This document shows, piece by piece, positions 50,718-59,784 of a DNA stretch of 64,000 bases. The first letter of the stretch is position 1; every line of letters begins with the position of its first letter. Origin of the DNA: Acidimicrobiales bacterium (GTDB lineage Bacteria; Actinomycetota; Acidimicrobiia; Acidimicrobiales; Bog-793); the NCBI GenBank assembly GCA_050013835.1, contig JBEKEM010000011.1, positions 5,896-69,895 on the forward strand, read 5' to 3'. The position numbers were made by a program, and so were the translations under genes. Under the pieces are notes generated by a model. The model did no database searches and had not been told where the DNA came from. It saw nothing but the letters and a program-made list of their open reading frames with translations.

Positions 50718-51596
50718 ATGCAGCTCGTCATCCTCGCGGCTGGGCACGGTACCCGCTACGGGGGGCTCAAGCAGCTCGCCCCGGTCGGGCCTCACGATGA
50801 GGCCATCATGGACTATACGGTGGCGGCGGCCGAATCCAGCGGGTTCGGGGGCATCGTGCTCGTCGTGCGCGACGAAATCCGCGAGCAGATGGCGCACCAC
50901 ATCGCCGTCCACTGGCCTGCCTCGCTCGCCGTCGCCATGGTCTTCCAGCCCCCCGTCCCCGGGACGGCGCAGGCCGTCGCCGCGGCCGCGCCCGCGCTCC
51001 ACGGCCCCTTCGGCGTGGTGAACGCCGACGACCTGTACGGCGAGGCAGCATTGCGGGCCGTCCACGACCACTTCCGGGGCCCCGGTGCCGAGGGGATCGG
51101 CGACGATTCCCACGTCCTCGTCGCCTACCAGCTCGTGCGCACCGTGCTCACCGACGCAGCGGTGAAGCGTGGGCTCCTCGAGTCGGGCGACGACGGACTG
51201 CTCGTCCGGATTGCCGAGCACTCCGTGTCACTGCTCGACGACGGCAGCTTCGTCGCCGTGCCTCTCGGCACCCACGAACCGCCCGAGAAGCCCGAGCCGC
51301 GGATCGTGCCGGGATCGGCGCGGGTCTCGATGAACCTCTGGGGCTTCCATCCGCGTATCCTCGGCATGCTCGACGACGCGCTGGCGGCATTCGATCCCGG
51401 GCCCGAAGGCCGGGAGCTTCTCCTGCCCCAGGTGATCGGTGACCTCGTCGCGACGGGGGCGGACCGCGTGCGCGTCGTCGACACCGAGGCGCACTGCATC
51501 GGGGTCACGCACACCGAGGACGTCGCGATCGTGCGCGCCGAGCTCGCCGAGACCGCCGACGACCTCGCCCCGACCCGGGGGTCCAGCGGGACCTGA
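50718..51596 (+). CDS. Sugar-phosphate nucleotidyltransferase
   Basis: LAAGHGTRYGGLKQLAPVGP, GTAQAV, VVNADDLYG, VSMNLWGF. Confidence 0.88.
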   Translation: MQLVILAAGHGTRYGGLKQLAPVGPHDEAIMDYTVAAAESSGFGGIVLVVRDEIREQMAHHIAVHWPASLAVAMVFQPPVPGTAQAVAAAAPALHGPFGVVNADDLYGEAALRAVHDHFRGPGAEGIGDDSHVLVAYQLVRTVLTDAAVKRGLLESGDDGLLVRIAEHSVSLLDDGSFVAVPLGTHEPPEKPEPRIVPGSARVSMNLWGFHPRILGMLDDALAAFDPGPEGRELLLPQVIGDLVATGADRVRVVDTEAHCIGVTHTEDVAIVRAELAETADDLAPTRGSSGT

Positions 51597-51715
51597 CCCG
51601 AAGGCGGTGCCTCCGGGCCGCCCGCCGGTGGATCGGGCGGCGCGTCTGGGGTCGCGGGCCCGGCGGTCGACCGCCCGTTTTTCGCCGACGAACGGGACTG
51701 CGTAGTGTGGGCTGC

Positions 51716-52546
51716 ATGCCACTCGTCTACGTCAACGGCGCGCTCGTCACCAAGGCGAACGCGACCGTCTCGGTTTTCGACCACGGACTCGTCGTCGGCG
51801 ACGGGGTCTTCGAGACAATTCTCCTCTACGACGGACAGCCCTTCGCCATGGCCCGCCACCTCGCGCGGCTCGAACGCTCGACGCGCGGGCTCGGGATCGT
51901 CCCCGTCCCCTCCGAGGACGTGGCCCGGGCAGTCGCGGCCGTCGTCGACACGGCGGAGTTCGCCGTCGGCCGGATCCGGATCACGATCAGCTCGGGAGCG
52001 GGACCGCTGGGGAGCGGACGGGGGACGGACCCGCCCACGCTCATCGTCGCCGCCGACCCGTTCGACCCCTTCGACGAGCCCGCCTCCGTGGCGGTCATGC
52101 CCTGGCCGCGCAACGAGCACGGTGCCCTGGCGGGCCTGAAGACGACGTCGTACGCCGAGAACGCCCTCGCCCTCGAGCGCGCGCACACGACCGGCGCCGA
52201 CGAGGCGATCTTCGGCAACACGGCGGGCCAGCTCTGCGAGGGGACCGGGTCGAACGTCTTCGTCGTCGTCGGCGGCGAGCTCCTCACCCCGCCGCCGTCG
52301 TCAGGCCTGCTCGAGGGCGTGACGCGCGCCCTCGTGCTGGAGAAGCACGGCGGCGCCGAGCGCGACTACCCGCTCGCCGCCTTCGCCCGGGGCGAGTTCG
52401 ATGAGGCCTTCCTCACCTCGACGCTGCGCGGCGTCCAGCCGATCGGGACGGTCGACGGGAGGAAGGTCGCCACGGTGGGCGGATCCGAGACCCGCCGGGC
52501 GTCCGCCGTCTACGCCTCACTGCTCGCCGGCGAGATCGCCCCGTAG
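51716..52546 (+). CDS. Class IV aminotransferase (PabC/IlvE/D-amino acid aminotransferase-like)
   Basis: DHGLVVGDGVFET, HLARL, LKTTSY (PLP Lys), EGTGSN, LEGVTR. Confidence 0.92.
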   Translation: MPLVYVNGALVTKANATVSVFDHGLVVGDGVFETILLYDGQPFAMARHLARLERSTRGLGIVPVPSEDVARAVAAVVDTAEFAVGRIRITISSGAGPLGSGRGTDPPTLIVAADPFDPFDEPASVAVMPWPRNEHGALAGLKTTSYAENALALERAHTTGADEAIFGNTAGQLCEGTGSNVFVVVGGELLTPPPSSGLLEGVTRALVLEKHGGAERDYPLAAFARGEFDEAFLTSTLRGVQPIGTVDGRKVATVGGSETRRASAVYASLLAGEIAP

Positions 52547-52639
52547 GGACCAGGGCGCCGCGAGGCGCGACCTCGACGGTGGGTGCGCCTGACTACAGTC
52601 GGCGGCCGAACCGCTCCCTGCGACGAACGAGGTCCGGCC

Positions 52640-53380
52640 GTGCGCACCTTTGCCTGGAGAATGCCGGTGGCGCTCGTCGCCGCGGCCGCCTTGGCCGTGG
52701 TCGTGGCCCTCACCGTCACCGACGCGCCGGCGAGCTCGCACCCCCCGTACCCGCTCGGGCACGCCCGCGACTGCCGCCACCACTACTACAAGGAGACCCG
52801 GCGGCACATCGTGGCGGGGAAGGAGGTCACCTACGTCGAGTGCGTCTGGCTGGCCAAGCCGCCGCCCACCACCACGACGCTCGCGGCCGGACCGGGATTC
52901 GTCGCCGGGCACGTCACGGCGATCGGCGACTCCGTGATGCTCGACGCCGCCCCGGATCTCGCCGCGGACATCCCCGGGATCGATATCGAGGCGACCGTGA
53001 GCCGCCAGTGGGACGCGGGCATCGCCCTCGCCGTCCAGCTGAAGGCGGAGGACCGGCTGGGCGCGATCGTCGTGATCGACCTCGGGACGAACGGCCCGAT
53101 CAGCGTCGCCCAGTTCCAGCAGATGATGGCCGTGCTCGCCCGGGCCTCGCGAGTCGTGTTCGTGACCGTCCACCTACCGCCCTCCTATAGCTGGTACAAG
53201 TCCGTAAACGTCGTCCTCAAAGAGGAGGTGCCGCACTACGCCAACGCCCGGCTCGCCGACTTCAACGCCCTTGCCGACGCCCACCCCGGCTGGTTCGGGT
53301 CCGACGGGATCCACATGGTGATCGGCGGGACCGGCACCCAGGCGATGGCACGGCTCATCACCGCGACGATCAAGGGCTGA
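52640..53380 (+). CDS. Secreted SGNH-hydrolase domain protein resembling the OatA catalytic domain
   Basis: Signal/transmembrane segment, then IGDSVM, LGTNG, DGIH. GAGGT RBS before GTG 52640. Confidence 0.8.
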   Translation: MRTFAWRMPVALVAAAALAVVVALTVTDAPASSHPPYPLGHARDCRHHYYKETRRHIVAGKEVTYVECVWLAKPPPTTTTLAAGPGFVAGHVTAIGDSVMLDAAPDLAADIPGIDIEATVSRQWDAGIALAVQLKAEDRLGAIVVIDLGTNGPISVAQFQQMMAVLARASRVVFVTVHLPPSYSWYKSVNVVLKEEVPHYANARLADFNALADAHPGWFGSDGIHMVIGGTGTQAMARLITATIKG

Positions 53381-53414
53381 CGGGCCGGTGCCCATCCGCC
53401 CGGGCACCGGCCCG
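53381..53414 (+). terminator. 13-bp perfect hairpin, probable intrinsic terminator
   Basis: CGGGCCGGTGCCC...GGGCACCGGCCCG immediately after the stop codon; no U-tract. Confidence 0.6.
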
Positions 53415-53432
53415 GACGGGTGATAATGCCTC

Positions 53433-53690
53433 GTGGCACGTCGGCGCACCCCCGTTCCGCCACCGAGGCGCGCGGTCTTCGCCCGTGACCCGCTGACGGG
53501 GCGAACCGCCGAGGTGCGCGCGATCCAGCCCCACGCCGCCGAGAAGCCCTACCGCTGCCCCGGCTGCCGCCAGGAGATCGCCCCGGGTGTCGGGCACGTC
53601 GTCGTCGTGCCGTTGGCAGACGCCTCCGAGCGCCGCCACTGGCACGCCGCCTGCTGGGACCGGCGCAGGACGCGGCCTCCGGCACGATGA
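53433..53690 (+). CDS. Small conserved actinobacterial Cys/His protein
   Basis: KPYRCPGC.QEI.PG..HVV...RRHWH..CW pattern. GATAAT lies 5 nt before the GTG start. Confidence 0.75.
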   Translation: MARRRTPVPPPRRAVFARDPLTGRTAEVRAIQPHAAEKPYRCPGCRQEIAPGVGHVVVVPLADASERRHWHAACWDRRRTRPPAR

Positions 53691-53782
53691 GGGACCCCGG
53701 TTGCCCGGGGCGGGGCCGGGGCCGACTACCCGAGCAGTAAACTCACCTCGCGCGGCGCGCGCATCGACAACGGAGAACCTTC

Positions 53783-54304
53783 GTGTACGGGGCAGTCAGC
53801 CTGCATTCGCTCGGATATTCCAGCGGTGACGTCGTGCTCATGACCGTCGTCGGCCTGTTCTTCGCCCTGATGGGCTACCACATCTCCGTGCGGCACCGGC
53901 TGCTGCACGGGGTCACCCCCTGGCGACTCCCTTCGATCTTCTGGGCGGTCCTGTGCGGGATCTTCCCGCCCGGGATCATCGTCGAGATCGTCGCCGAGGT
54001 GACGACGCGCCCGCAGCCCCGCCCGAGCCCGACGCCCGGCGTGACGGGGCGGCCCGCCGACCCGTTCGCCTTCGGTGGCCAACGCGCCGCCGGCTCGGAC
54101 ATGCTCGCGCCGATCGAGATCGCCCCCGGCCCCACGGCTCTCCACCCGTCGTTCATTCGTCCGCCGGACGACGGATCGGGCAAACCGGCGCTGTTCGGCT
54201 GGTATCCCGACGTCACCGGGCGCCACGAACTGCGCTACTGGGACGGCCGGGGCTGGACAGCGAACGTCGCCGACCGGGGCACGCGGGCGACCGACCCGGT
54301 GTAG
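53783..54304 (+). CDS. Membrane protein with a C-terminal DUF2510 domain
   Basis: Two hydrophobic helices; GWYPD...LRYWDGRGWT. GGAG RBS. Confidence 0.8.
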   Translation: MYGAVSLHSLGYSSGDVVLMTVVGLFFALMGYHISVRHRLLHGVTPWRLPSIFWAVLCGIFPPGIIVEIVAEVTTRPQPRPSPTPGVTGRPADPFAFGGQRAAGSDMLAPIEIAPGPTALHPSFIRPPDDGSGKPALFGWYPDVTGRHELRYWDGRGWTANVADRGTRATDPV

Positions 54305-54331
54305 CTGGCCCCCGCGCCCGCGGGCCGAACC

Positions 54332-54628
54332 TCAGAGATCCTTCTCCGGCAGCGCCTCGACGTTCACGTCCCGGAAGGTGACGACCTTCACCGACGAGAC
54401 GAAGCGGGCCGGGCGGTACATGTCCCAGACCCAGGCGTCGCCGAGCTCGACCTCGAAATGGGTCGCCCCCGCGCTCTCGTGCGGGGTCACCGTCACCTCG
54501 TTGGCGAGGTAGAAGCGGCGCTCGGTCTCCACGACGTAGCGGAACATCGGCAGCACGGCGCGGTACTCCTGGTACAGCGCGAGCTCGATCTCCGCCTCGA
54601 ACTGGTCGAGGTCCTCTTCGGCGCTCAA
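54332..54628 (-). CDS. DUF2469 family protein
   Basis: SAEEDL..FE.E.ELALY.EY, VETERRFYLAN, DAWVWDMYRPARFV, TF.DVNVE. Confidence 0.92.
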   Translation of the reverse strand: MSAEEDLDQFEAEIELALYQEYRAVLPMFRYVVETERRFYLANEVTVTPHESAGATHFEVELGDAWVWDMYRPARFVSSVKVVTFRDVNVEALPEKDL

Positions 54629-54664
54629 CGTCGGCTCCTCATCCGCCAGCCTCCGATCCCCGGT

Positions 54665-55015
54665 TCAGCGCGTGGCGCGACGCTCCTTGATCTTCGCGGC
54701 CTTTCCGACCCGGTCGCGCAGGTAGTACAGCTTCGCGCGCCGGACGTCGCCTTCGGACACCACCTCGATCTTGGCGAGGATCGGCGAGTGAACCGGGAAC
54801 GTCCGCTCCACGCCGACGCCGAAGCTCACCTTGCGGACGCTGAAGGTCTCGCGGGCCCCCGAGCCCTGGCGGCGCATCACGGCGCCCTGGAAGACCTGGA
54901 TCCGCTCCCGGTTGCCCTCGACCACGCGGACGTGCACTTTCACCGTGTCGCCGGGGCGGAAGTCGGGGATGTCGTCGCGCAGCGTCGCGCGGTCAACGAG
55001 ATCGGTGGGGTTCAT
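54665..55015 (-). CDS. rplS: 50S ribosomal protein L19
   Basis: [37 protein letters not shown]. Confidence 0.98.
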   Translation of the reverse strand: MNPTDLVDRATLRDDIPDFRPGDTVKVHVRVVEGNRERIQVFQGAVMRRQGSGARETFSVRKVSFGVGVERTFPVHSPILAKIEVVSEGDVRRAKLYYLRDRVGKAAKIKERRATR

Positions 55016-55853
55016 GGCCGTCGTGCTCCTTCGCGGGGGCGCGGCGCCGCGTCCGGTTTCCGGTCGCAAGCGGCGCTGCAGCTCCCAGAGGATAGCCGTG
55101 CTCGCGCAGCAGCCGCGTCTCGTCCGCTGAGAGGCCGCCGCGCGCCTCGATCAGGTCCGGCCGGCGCGCGATCGTGCGCCACAGTGAGGCGGCGCGCCGC
55201 CAGGCGGCGACGGCGGCGTGGTCGCCGCTGCGCAGCACCTCCGGAACCTCCCAGCCGCGGAAGGTCGCCGGGCGGGTGTACTGCGGGTACTCGAGCAGCC
55301 CGGTCGTGAAGCTCTCGTCCTTCGGCGAGTCCTCGTTGCCGACCACGCCCGGGACGAGTCGCGCCACGGCCTCGATGACCGCCAGGGCGGCGAGCTCGCC
55401 CCCGGCGAGGACGAAGTCCCCGAGCGAGATCTCGCCATCGACGAGGTGGTCGGCGATCCGCTGGTCGACCCCCTCGTAGCGGCCACAGAGCAGCGAGAAG
55501 GTCGCCGTCTCCGCCAGCTCCTCGACGAAGGCCTGGTCGAGGCGGCGCCCCGCCGGGCTGAGGAGGTACAGCGGTCGGAGGGGCGCGATCTCCTCCACGG
55601 CGGCGAACACCGGCCCGGGGGCGAGCACCATCCCCGCACCCCCGCCGAAGGGCGCGTCATCGACGCTGCGGTGCGGGTCGGAGGCGCCGATCCGCAGGTC
55701 GTGCACAGCCACCTCGACGAGCCCGGCGCGCACGGCCCGCCCGAAGACCGACTCGGCGACGTACGTCGCGACGAGCTCGGGGAAGATCGTGAGCACGTCG
55801 ACCCGCAGGGCGGCCGACGCGCCCGCCGGCGCCGCCTTCCCGCCGGGCGTCAC
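54993..55853 (-). CDS. trmD: tRNA (guanine-N1)-methyltransferase
   Basis: [47 protein letters not shown]. Confidence 0.97.
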   Translation of the reverse strand: MTPGGKAAPAGASAALRVDVLTIFPELVATYVAESVFGRAVRAGLVEVAVHDLRIGASDPHRSVDDAPFGGGAGMVLAPGPVFAAVEEIAPLRPLYLLSPAGRRLDQAFVEELAETATFSLLCGRYEGVDQRIADHLVDGEISLGDFVLAGGELAALAVIEAVARLVPGVVGNEDSPKDESFTTGLLEYPQYTRPATFRGWEVPEVLRSGDHAAVAAWRRAASLWRTIARRPDLIEARGGLSADETRLLREHGYPLGAAAPLATGNRTRRRAPAKEHDGHEPHRSR

Positions 55854-56326
55854 CCGAAGATCCCCTCGGGGACGTCGACGACGATCCTCTCGGGCGTCGC
55901 GGCGACGACGAAGCGGGCCGGGACGAGGTAGCGGCCGTCGACGACGAGCAGGTCGCTCGCCGGGTTGGCCTCGACGGCGGTCACCTTGCCGCGGGTCACG
56001 CCGCCGGCGTCGACCACTTCGGCGCCGATCAGCTCGTGGACGAAGAGCGCCGCCGGGTCCTCAAGCGGCTCGGCGAGGAGTGCCGCGCCACGCAGGCGCT
56101 CCGCCGCCTCGCGGTCGGTGATGCCGTCGAAAGCGACGAGGTGGCAGCCCTGGTGCGGCCGGACCGCGGCGATGACGAGCTCCCCCGCCGTCTCGGACCC
56201 GGCCGGGGAGACGGTGAGGCGCGACCCCACCGCGAGCCGCTCCGGCCGGTTCGACACGAAGACGACGACGACCTCACCGGCGAGCCCGTGGGGCTTGACG
56301 ACCCTGCCGACCTCGAGGAGCGCCAC
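55850..56326 (-). CDS. rimM: Ribosome maturation factor RimM
   Basis: VGRVVKPHGLAGE, C-terminal PRC barrel; operon position. Confidence 0.93.
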   Translation of the reverse strand: MALLEVGRVVKPHGLAGEVVVVFVSNRPERLAVGSRLTVSPAGSETAGELVIAAVRPHQGCHLVAFDGITDREAAERLRGAALLAEPLEDPAALFVHELIGAEVVDAGGVTRGKVTAVEANPASDLLVVDGRYLVPARFVVAATPERIVVDVPEGIFG

Positions 56327-56337
56327 GTGCGCCCGTC

Positions 56338-56775
56338 TCAGTCGACGATGTCGACGGTGGCGTCCGTTCCCTCGCGCGCCGCCGCGGCACGGACGAGCAC
56401 ACGCAGGGCCTGGGCGACGCGGCCGCGCTTGCCGATGATGCGCCCCATGTCGCCGGGCGCGACGTGGAGGTCGAAGCGGGTGCCGTTACGCCCGGCGTCG
56501 GTCCCCACGACGACGGAGTCCGGGTCGTCGACGATCGAGCGGGCGACGTGCTCAAGCACGGAGCGGGCGACGCCGCCCGAGACCCGGTTGACCCCGTCGT
56601 CGTCCGAACCGCTGCCGGCGCCGTAGCCGCCCCCGTCGGCCTCGTCCTCGTCGGCCCCGGCCCCGTCGTCCTCGTCCGACCCGATCTCGTCGGCCTCGTC
56701 GACCTCGTCCGCCTCGTCGACCTCGTCGATCGAGCCGAAGTCCGGCCCTTCAAAAAGCGGGGTGTCCGATGCCAT
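56338..56775 (-). CDS. khpA: KH-domain RNA-binding protein (KhpA family) with an acidic N-terminal extension
   Basis: DMGRIIGKRGRVAQALR; lies between rpsP and rimM. Confidence 0.88.
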   Translation of the reverse strand: MASDTPLFEGPDFGSIDEVDEADEVDEADEIGSDEDDGAGADEDEADGGGYGAGSGSDDDGVNRVSGGVARSVLEHVARSIVDDPDSVVVGTDAGRNGTRFDLHVAPGDMGRIIGKRGRVAQALRVLVRAAAAREGTDATVDIVD

Positions 56776-56779
56776 CGCC

Positions 56780-57289
56780 TCAACCCTCCCCACCGTCATC
56801 GGCGGATTCGGTGCGTGCCTTTGCGGCGGCCTCCCCCGGCTCCTCCGCGGGCGCCGCCGGCTCCTCGACGGCACCGGCCGCGGTCGCGGCCGGCGCGGCG
56901 GCCTTCGCGCCAACCTTCTTGCCGGCCTTCTTGGCCGCCTTGGCCTTGGTGGCCCCCTTGGCCTTGGTGGCCAGCCGTTGCCTGGCTGCCTCGCTCTTCT
57001 TGCGCGCCGGCCTCGCCGACTTGGGGGGCTTGGCGGCCTCGAACTCGCCCCACGCACCGGAGATCTCGAGGATCTTGCGCACCGCCTCGCTCGCCTTGGC
57101 GCCCTTGGCGAGCCACTCGACGGCCCTGGCGTTGTCGACCTCGATGAGCGACGGTTCGGCCCGCGGCGCGTAGGTCCCGATGACTTCGATAAACCGGCCG
57201 TCACGGGGCGAGCGGCTGTCCGCCGCGACGATCCGGTACGTCGGCTGCTTCTTCTTCCCCATCCGCTTCAGGCGGAGCTTCACGGCCAC
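56780..57289 (-). CDS. rpsP: 30S ribosomal protein S16 with a Lys/Ala-rich tail
   Basis: AVKLRLKRMGKKKQPTYRIVAADSRSPRDGRFIE. Confidence 0.98.
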   Translation of the reverse strand: MAVKLRLKRMGKKKQPTYRIVAADSRSPRDGRFIEVIGTYAPRAEPSLIEVDNARAVEWLAKGAKASEAVRKILEISGAWGEFEAAKPPKSARPARKKSEAARQRLATKAKGATKAKAAKKAGKKVGAKAAAPAATAAGAVEEPAAPAEEPGEAAAKARTESADDGGEG

Positions 57290-57347
57290 GTCTTTCTCAC
57301 TTTCCTTGGTGTCGATCGAGTCCTGGGCGGTTCGCCGCCGGCGGGGC

Positions 57348-58700
57348 CTAGCGGCTGCCGGCCGGGGTCACCCGGCCGCCCTTGCGCTTGTCCCGCCGTC
57401 CGCCGGGACGCGCCTGCGCCATCATCTTCGACGACCGCATCAGCTTCTGCATCTCCTTGAACCGGTTGAGGAGGTCGTTCACCTGGGCCGGCGTCGTGCC
57501 GGAGCCCGCCGCGATCCGCGTCCTGCGCGACCCGTTGATGATCGACGGGTCGTCGCGCTCGGCGGGCGTCATCGAGCGGATGACCGCCTCGATCCGGGTG
57601 ACGTTGCCCTCGTCGATCTCGGCGTTGCGCATCTCCTTGGGCAGCCCCGGCAGCATGCCCACGATGCCCGAGAGCGGCCCCAACCGCTTCATCTGCTGCA
57701 GCTGGTCGTGGAAGTCCTCGAGCGTGAAGCGCCCACGCCGGATGCGGTCCATCGCCCGTCCCGCAGAGCCCTCGTCCAGGGTGTGCTCGGCCCGCTCGAT
57801 GAGCGAGAGCACGTCCCCCATGCCAAGGATCCGGCCCGCCATCCGGTCCGGGCGGAAGACCTCGAAGTCGGCCGGGCGCTCGCCGGTCGAGACGAAGGCG
57901 ATCGGCCGGCCGACGACCTTGGCGACCGAGAGGGCGGCGCCCCCGCGGGCGTCGCCGTCGAGCTTGGTGAGGATCACGCCGTCGAGACTGAGCTTGGCGT
58001 GGAAGGCCACCGCCGTCGCGACGGCGTCCTGGCCGGTCATCGCGTCGACGACGAGGAACGTGTAACGGGGTGAGGTCGCCGCCGCGACGGCGGCCACCTC
58101 GTCCATGAGCGCCGAGTCGACCGAGACGCGCCCCGCCGTGTCGACGACGACGACGTCGCGTCCGACGCGGACCGCCTCGGCGACCCCCCGGCGGGCGCAG
58201 TCCACCGGGTCTGTCGGCACGCTGAAGACGGCGGCGCCGACTGCTCGGCCGAGCACGCGCAGCTGCTCGACGGCGGCGGGGCGCTGCAGGTCGGCGGCGA
58301 CGAGCAGCGGGTGGCGGCCCTGCTCGACGAACCAGCGGGCGAGCTTGGCCGCCGCGCTCGTCTTGCCCGAGCCCTGCAGGCCGGCGAGGAGGACGACGGT
58401 CGGTGGCCTGGGTGCGTAGGTGAGTCGCAGCTCCTCGCCCCCGAGCGTCGCCGTGAGCTCCTCGTTGACGATCTTGATGACCTGCTGGGCCGGGGTGAGG
58501 CTCTTGTCGAGCTCGGCGCCGGCGGCGCGGGTGCGGATCGCCCCGACGAGGTCGCGTGCGACGTCGAGGTTGACATCACCTTCGAGCAGAGCGACACGGA
58601 TCTCGCGCAGCGCCCCTTCGAGGTCGGCCTCGGAGAGTCTTCCCCGCCCGCGCAGACGCGTGAAGATCCCGTCGAAGCGGTCGGTGAGCGTCTCGAACAT
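57348..58700 (-). CDS. ffh: Signal recognition particle protein
   Basis: GLQGSGKT, DTAGR, TKLDGDARGGAALS, RILGMGD; M domain RIAAGSG. Confidence 0.98.
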   Translation of the reverse strand: MFETLTDRFDGIFTRLRGRGRLSEADLEGALREIRVALLEGDVNLDVARDLVGAIRTRAAGAELDKSLTPAQQVIKIVNEELTATLGGEELRLTYAPRPPTVVLLAGLQGSGKTSAAAKLARWFVEQGRHPLLVAADLQRPAAVEQLRVLGRAVGAAVFSVPTDPVDCARRGVAEAVRVGRDVVVVDTAGRVSVDSALMDEVAAVAAATSPRYTFLVVDAMTGQDAVATAVAFHAKLSLDGVILTKLDGDARGGAALSVAKVVGRPIAFVSTGERPADFEVFRPDRMAGRILGMGDVLSLIERAEHTLDEGSAGRAMDRIRRGRFTLEDFHDQLQQMKRLGPLSGIVGMLPGLPKEMRNAEIDEGNVTRIEAVIRSMTPAERDDPSIINGSRRTRIAAGSGTTPAQVNDLLNRFKEMQKLMRSSKMMAQARPGGRRDKRKGGRVTPAGSR

Positions 58701-58784
58701 GAAAGCTTCAGGCTAGTCGCCGGGAGTGAAGGTCCCCCCGACGAAGGGCGCCGCGGCGGGCCAGTCTGCGCCGCGCGGCCGCCG

Positions 58785-59765
58785 TCAGTCGCCGACGAGC
58801 GCGGCGGCGAACTCCTCGGGGTCGAAGACGACGAGATCGCCGGTCCCCTCGCCGATTCCGACGAGCTTGATCGGCAGGCCGAGCTCCTCGCGGATCGCCA
58901 ACACGATCCCGCCCTTGGCCGTCCCGTCGAGCTTGGTGAGCACGATCCCGGTGACCCCGACGGCAGCGGTGAACTCGCGGGCCTGGACGAGCCCGTTCTG
59001 GCCCGTCGTCGCGTCGATGACGAGCAGCACTTCGCTCACCCGTCCCGGCGGACGGTCGGCGACGCGCCGCACCTTGCGGAGCTCGTCCATCAGGTTGGCC
59101 TTGGTGTGCAACCTCCCCGCGCTGTCGGCGAGGACGAGCTCGGCGCCGCGCGCGCCGGCGTGCTCGACGGCGTCGAAGATCACCGATGACGGGTCGGCCC
59201 CGTCGGCACCGCGCACGAGCGTCGCCCCGCATCGTTCGGCCCAGCTGGCGAGCTGGTCGCCGGCTGCCGCCCGGAAGGTGTCGCCCGCGGCGATGACGAC
59301 GCGCCGTCCTGCGGCGGTCTGCTGCGCGGCGACCTTGCCGATCGTCGTCGTCTTGCCGACGCCGTTCACGCCGACGAAGAGCCAGACGCTCGGTGTCTCG
59401 GCGCCGAGCCGGAGGGAGCGGTCCTCCGCCCCGAAGCCGGCGACGATCTCCGCCCGCAGGGCCGCGGCGAGCGCTCCAGGGGCCGGCCCGACGGCGCCGG
59501 CCCGCACCTGGCCACGCAGAGCCTCGAGGATCCGGCCCGTCGATCTCAACCCGACGTCGGCCAGGATGAGCAGTTCCTCGAGCTCCTCGAAGGTCCCCTC
59601 CCCGATCCGGCCCGGGCGGATCCGTGGAAGGGAAATCGCGAGGCCGCGCCGGGGGCGCCCGGAGGACGGCTGCCCCGCCGGGGCGGTCTCCGGCCCCGGT
59701 GCCACCTCGCCCCCGGGTTCGCCCGCCGGGACCGGGGGGACCTGGCGGTGCCGGCGCATCCTCAT
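58785..59765 (-). CDS. ftsY: SRP receptor FtsY
   Basis: GVNGVGKTTTIGK, DTFRAAA, DSAGRL, DATTGQN, TKLDGTAKGG. Confidence 0.96.
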   Translation of the reverse strand: MRMRRHRQVPPVPAGEPGGEVAPGPETAPAGQPSSGRPRRGLAISLPRIRPGRIGEGTFEELEELLILADVGLRSTGRILEALRGQVRAGAVGPAPGALAAALRAEIVAGFGAEDRSLRLGAETPSVWLFVGVNGVGKTTTIGKVAAQQTAAGRRVVIAAGDTFRAAAGDQLASWAERCGATLVRGADGADPSSVIFDAVEHAGARGAELVLADSAGRLHTKANLMDELRKVRRVADRPPGRVSEVLLVIDATTGQNGLVQAREFTAAVGVTGIVLTKLDGTAKGGIVLAIREELGLPIKLVGIGEGTGDLVVFDPEEFAAALVGD

Positions 59766-59784
59766 CGGGAGGCGGCCTGCGCCG

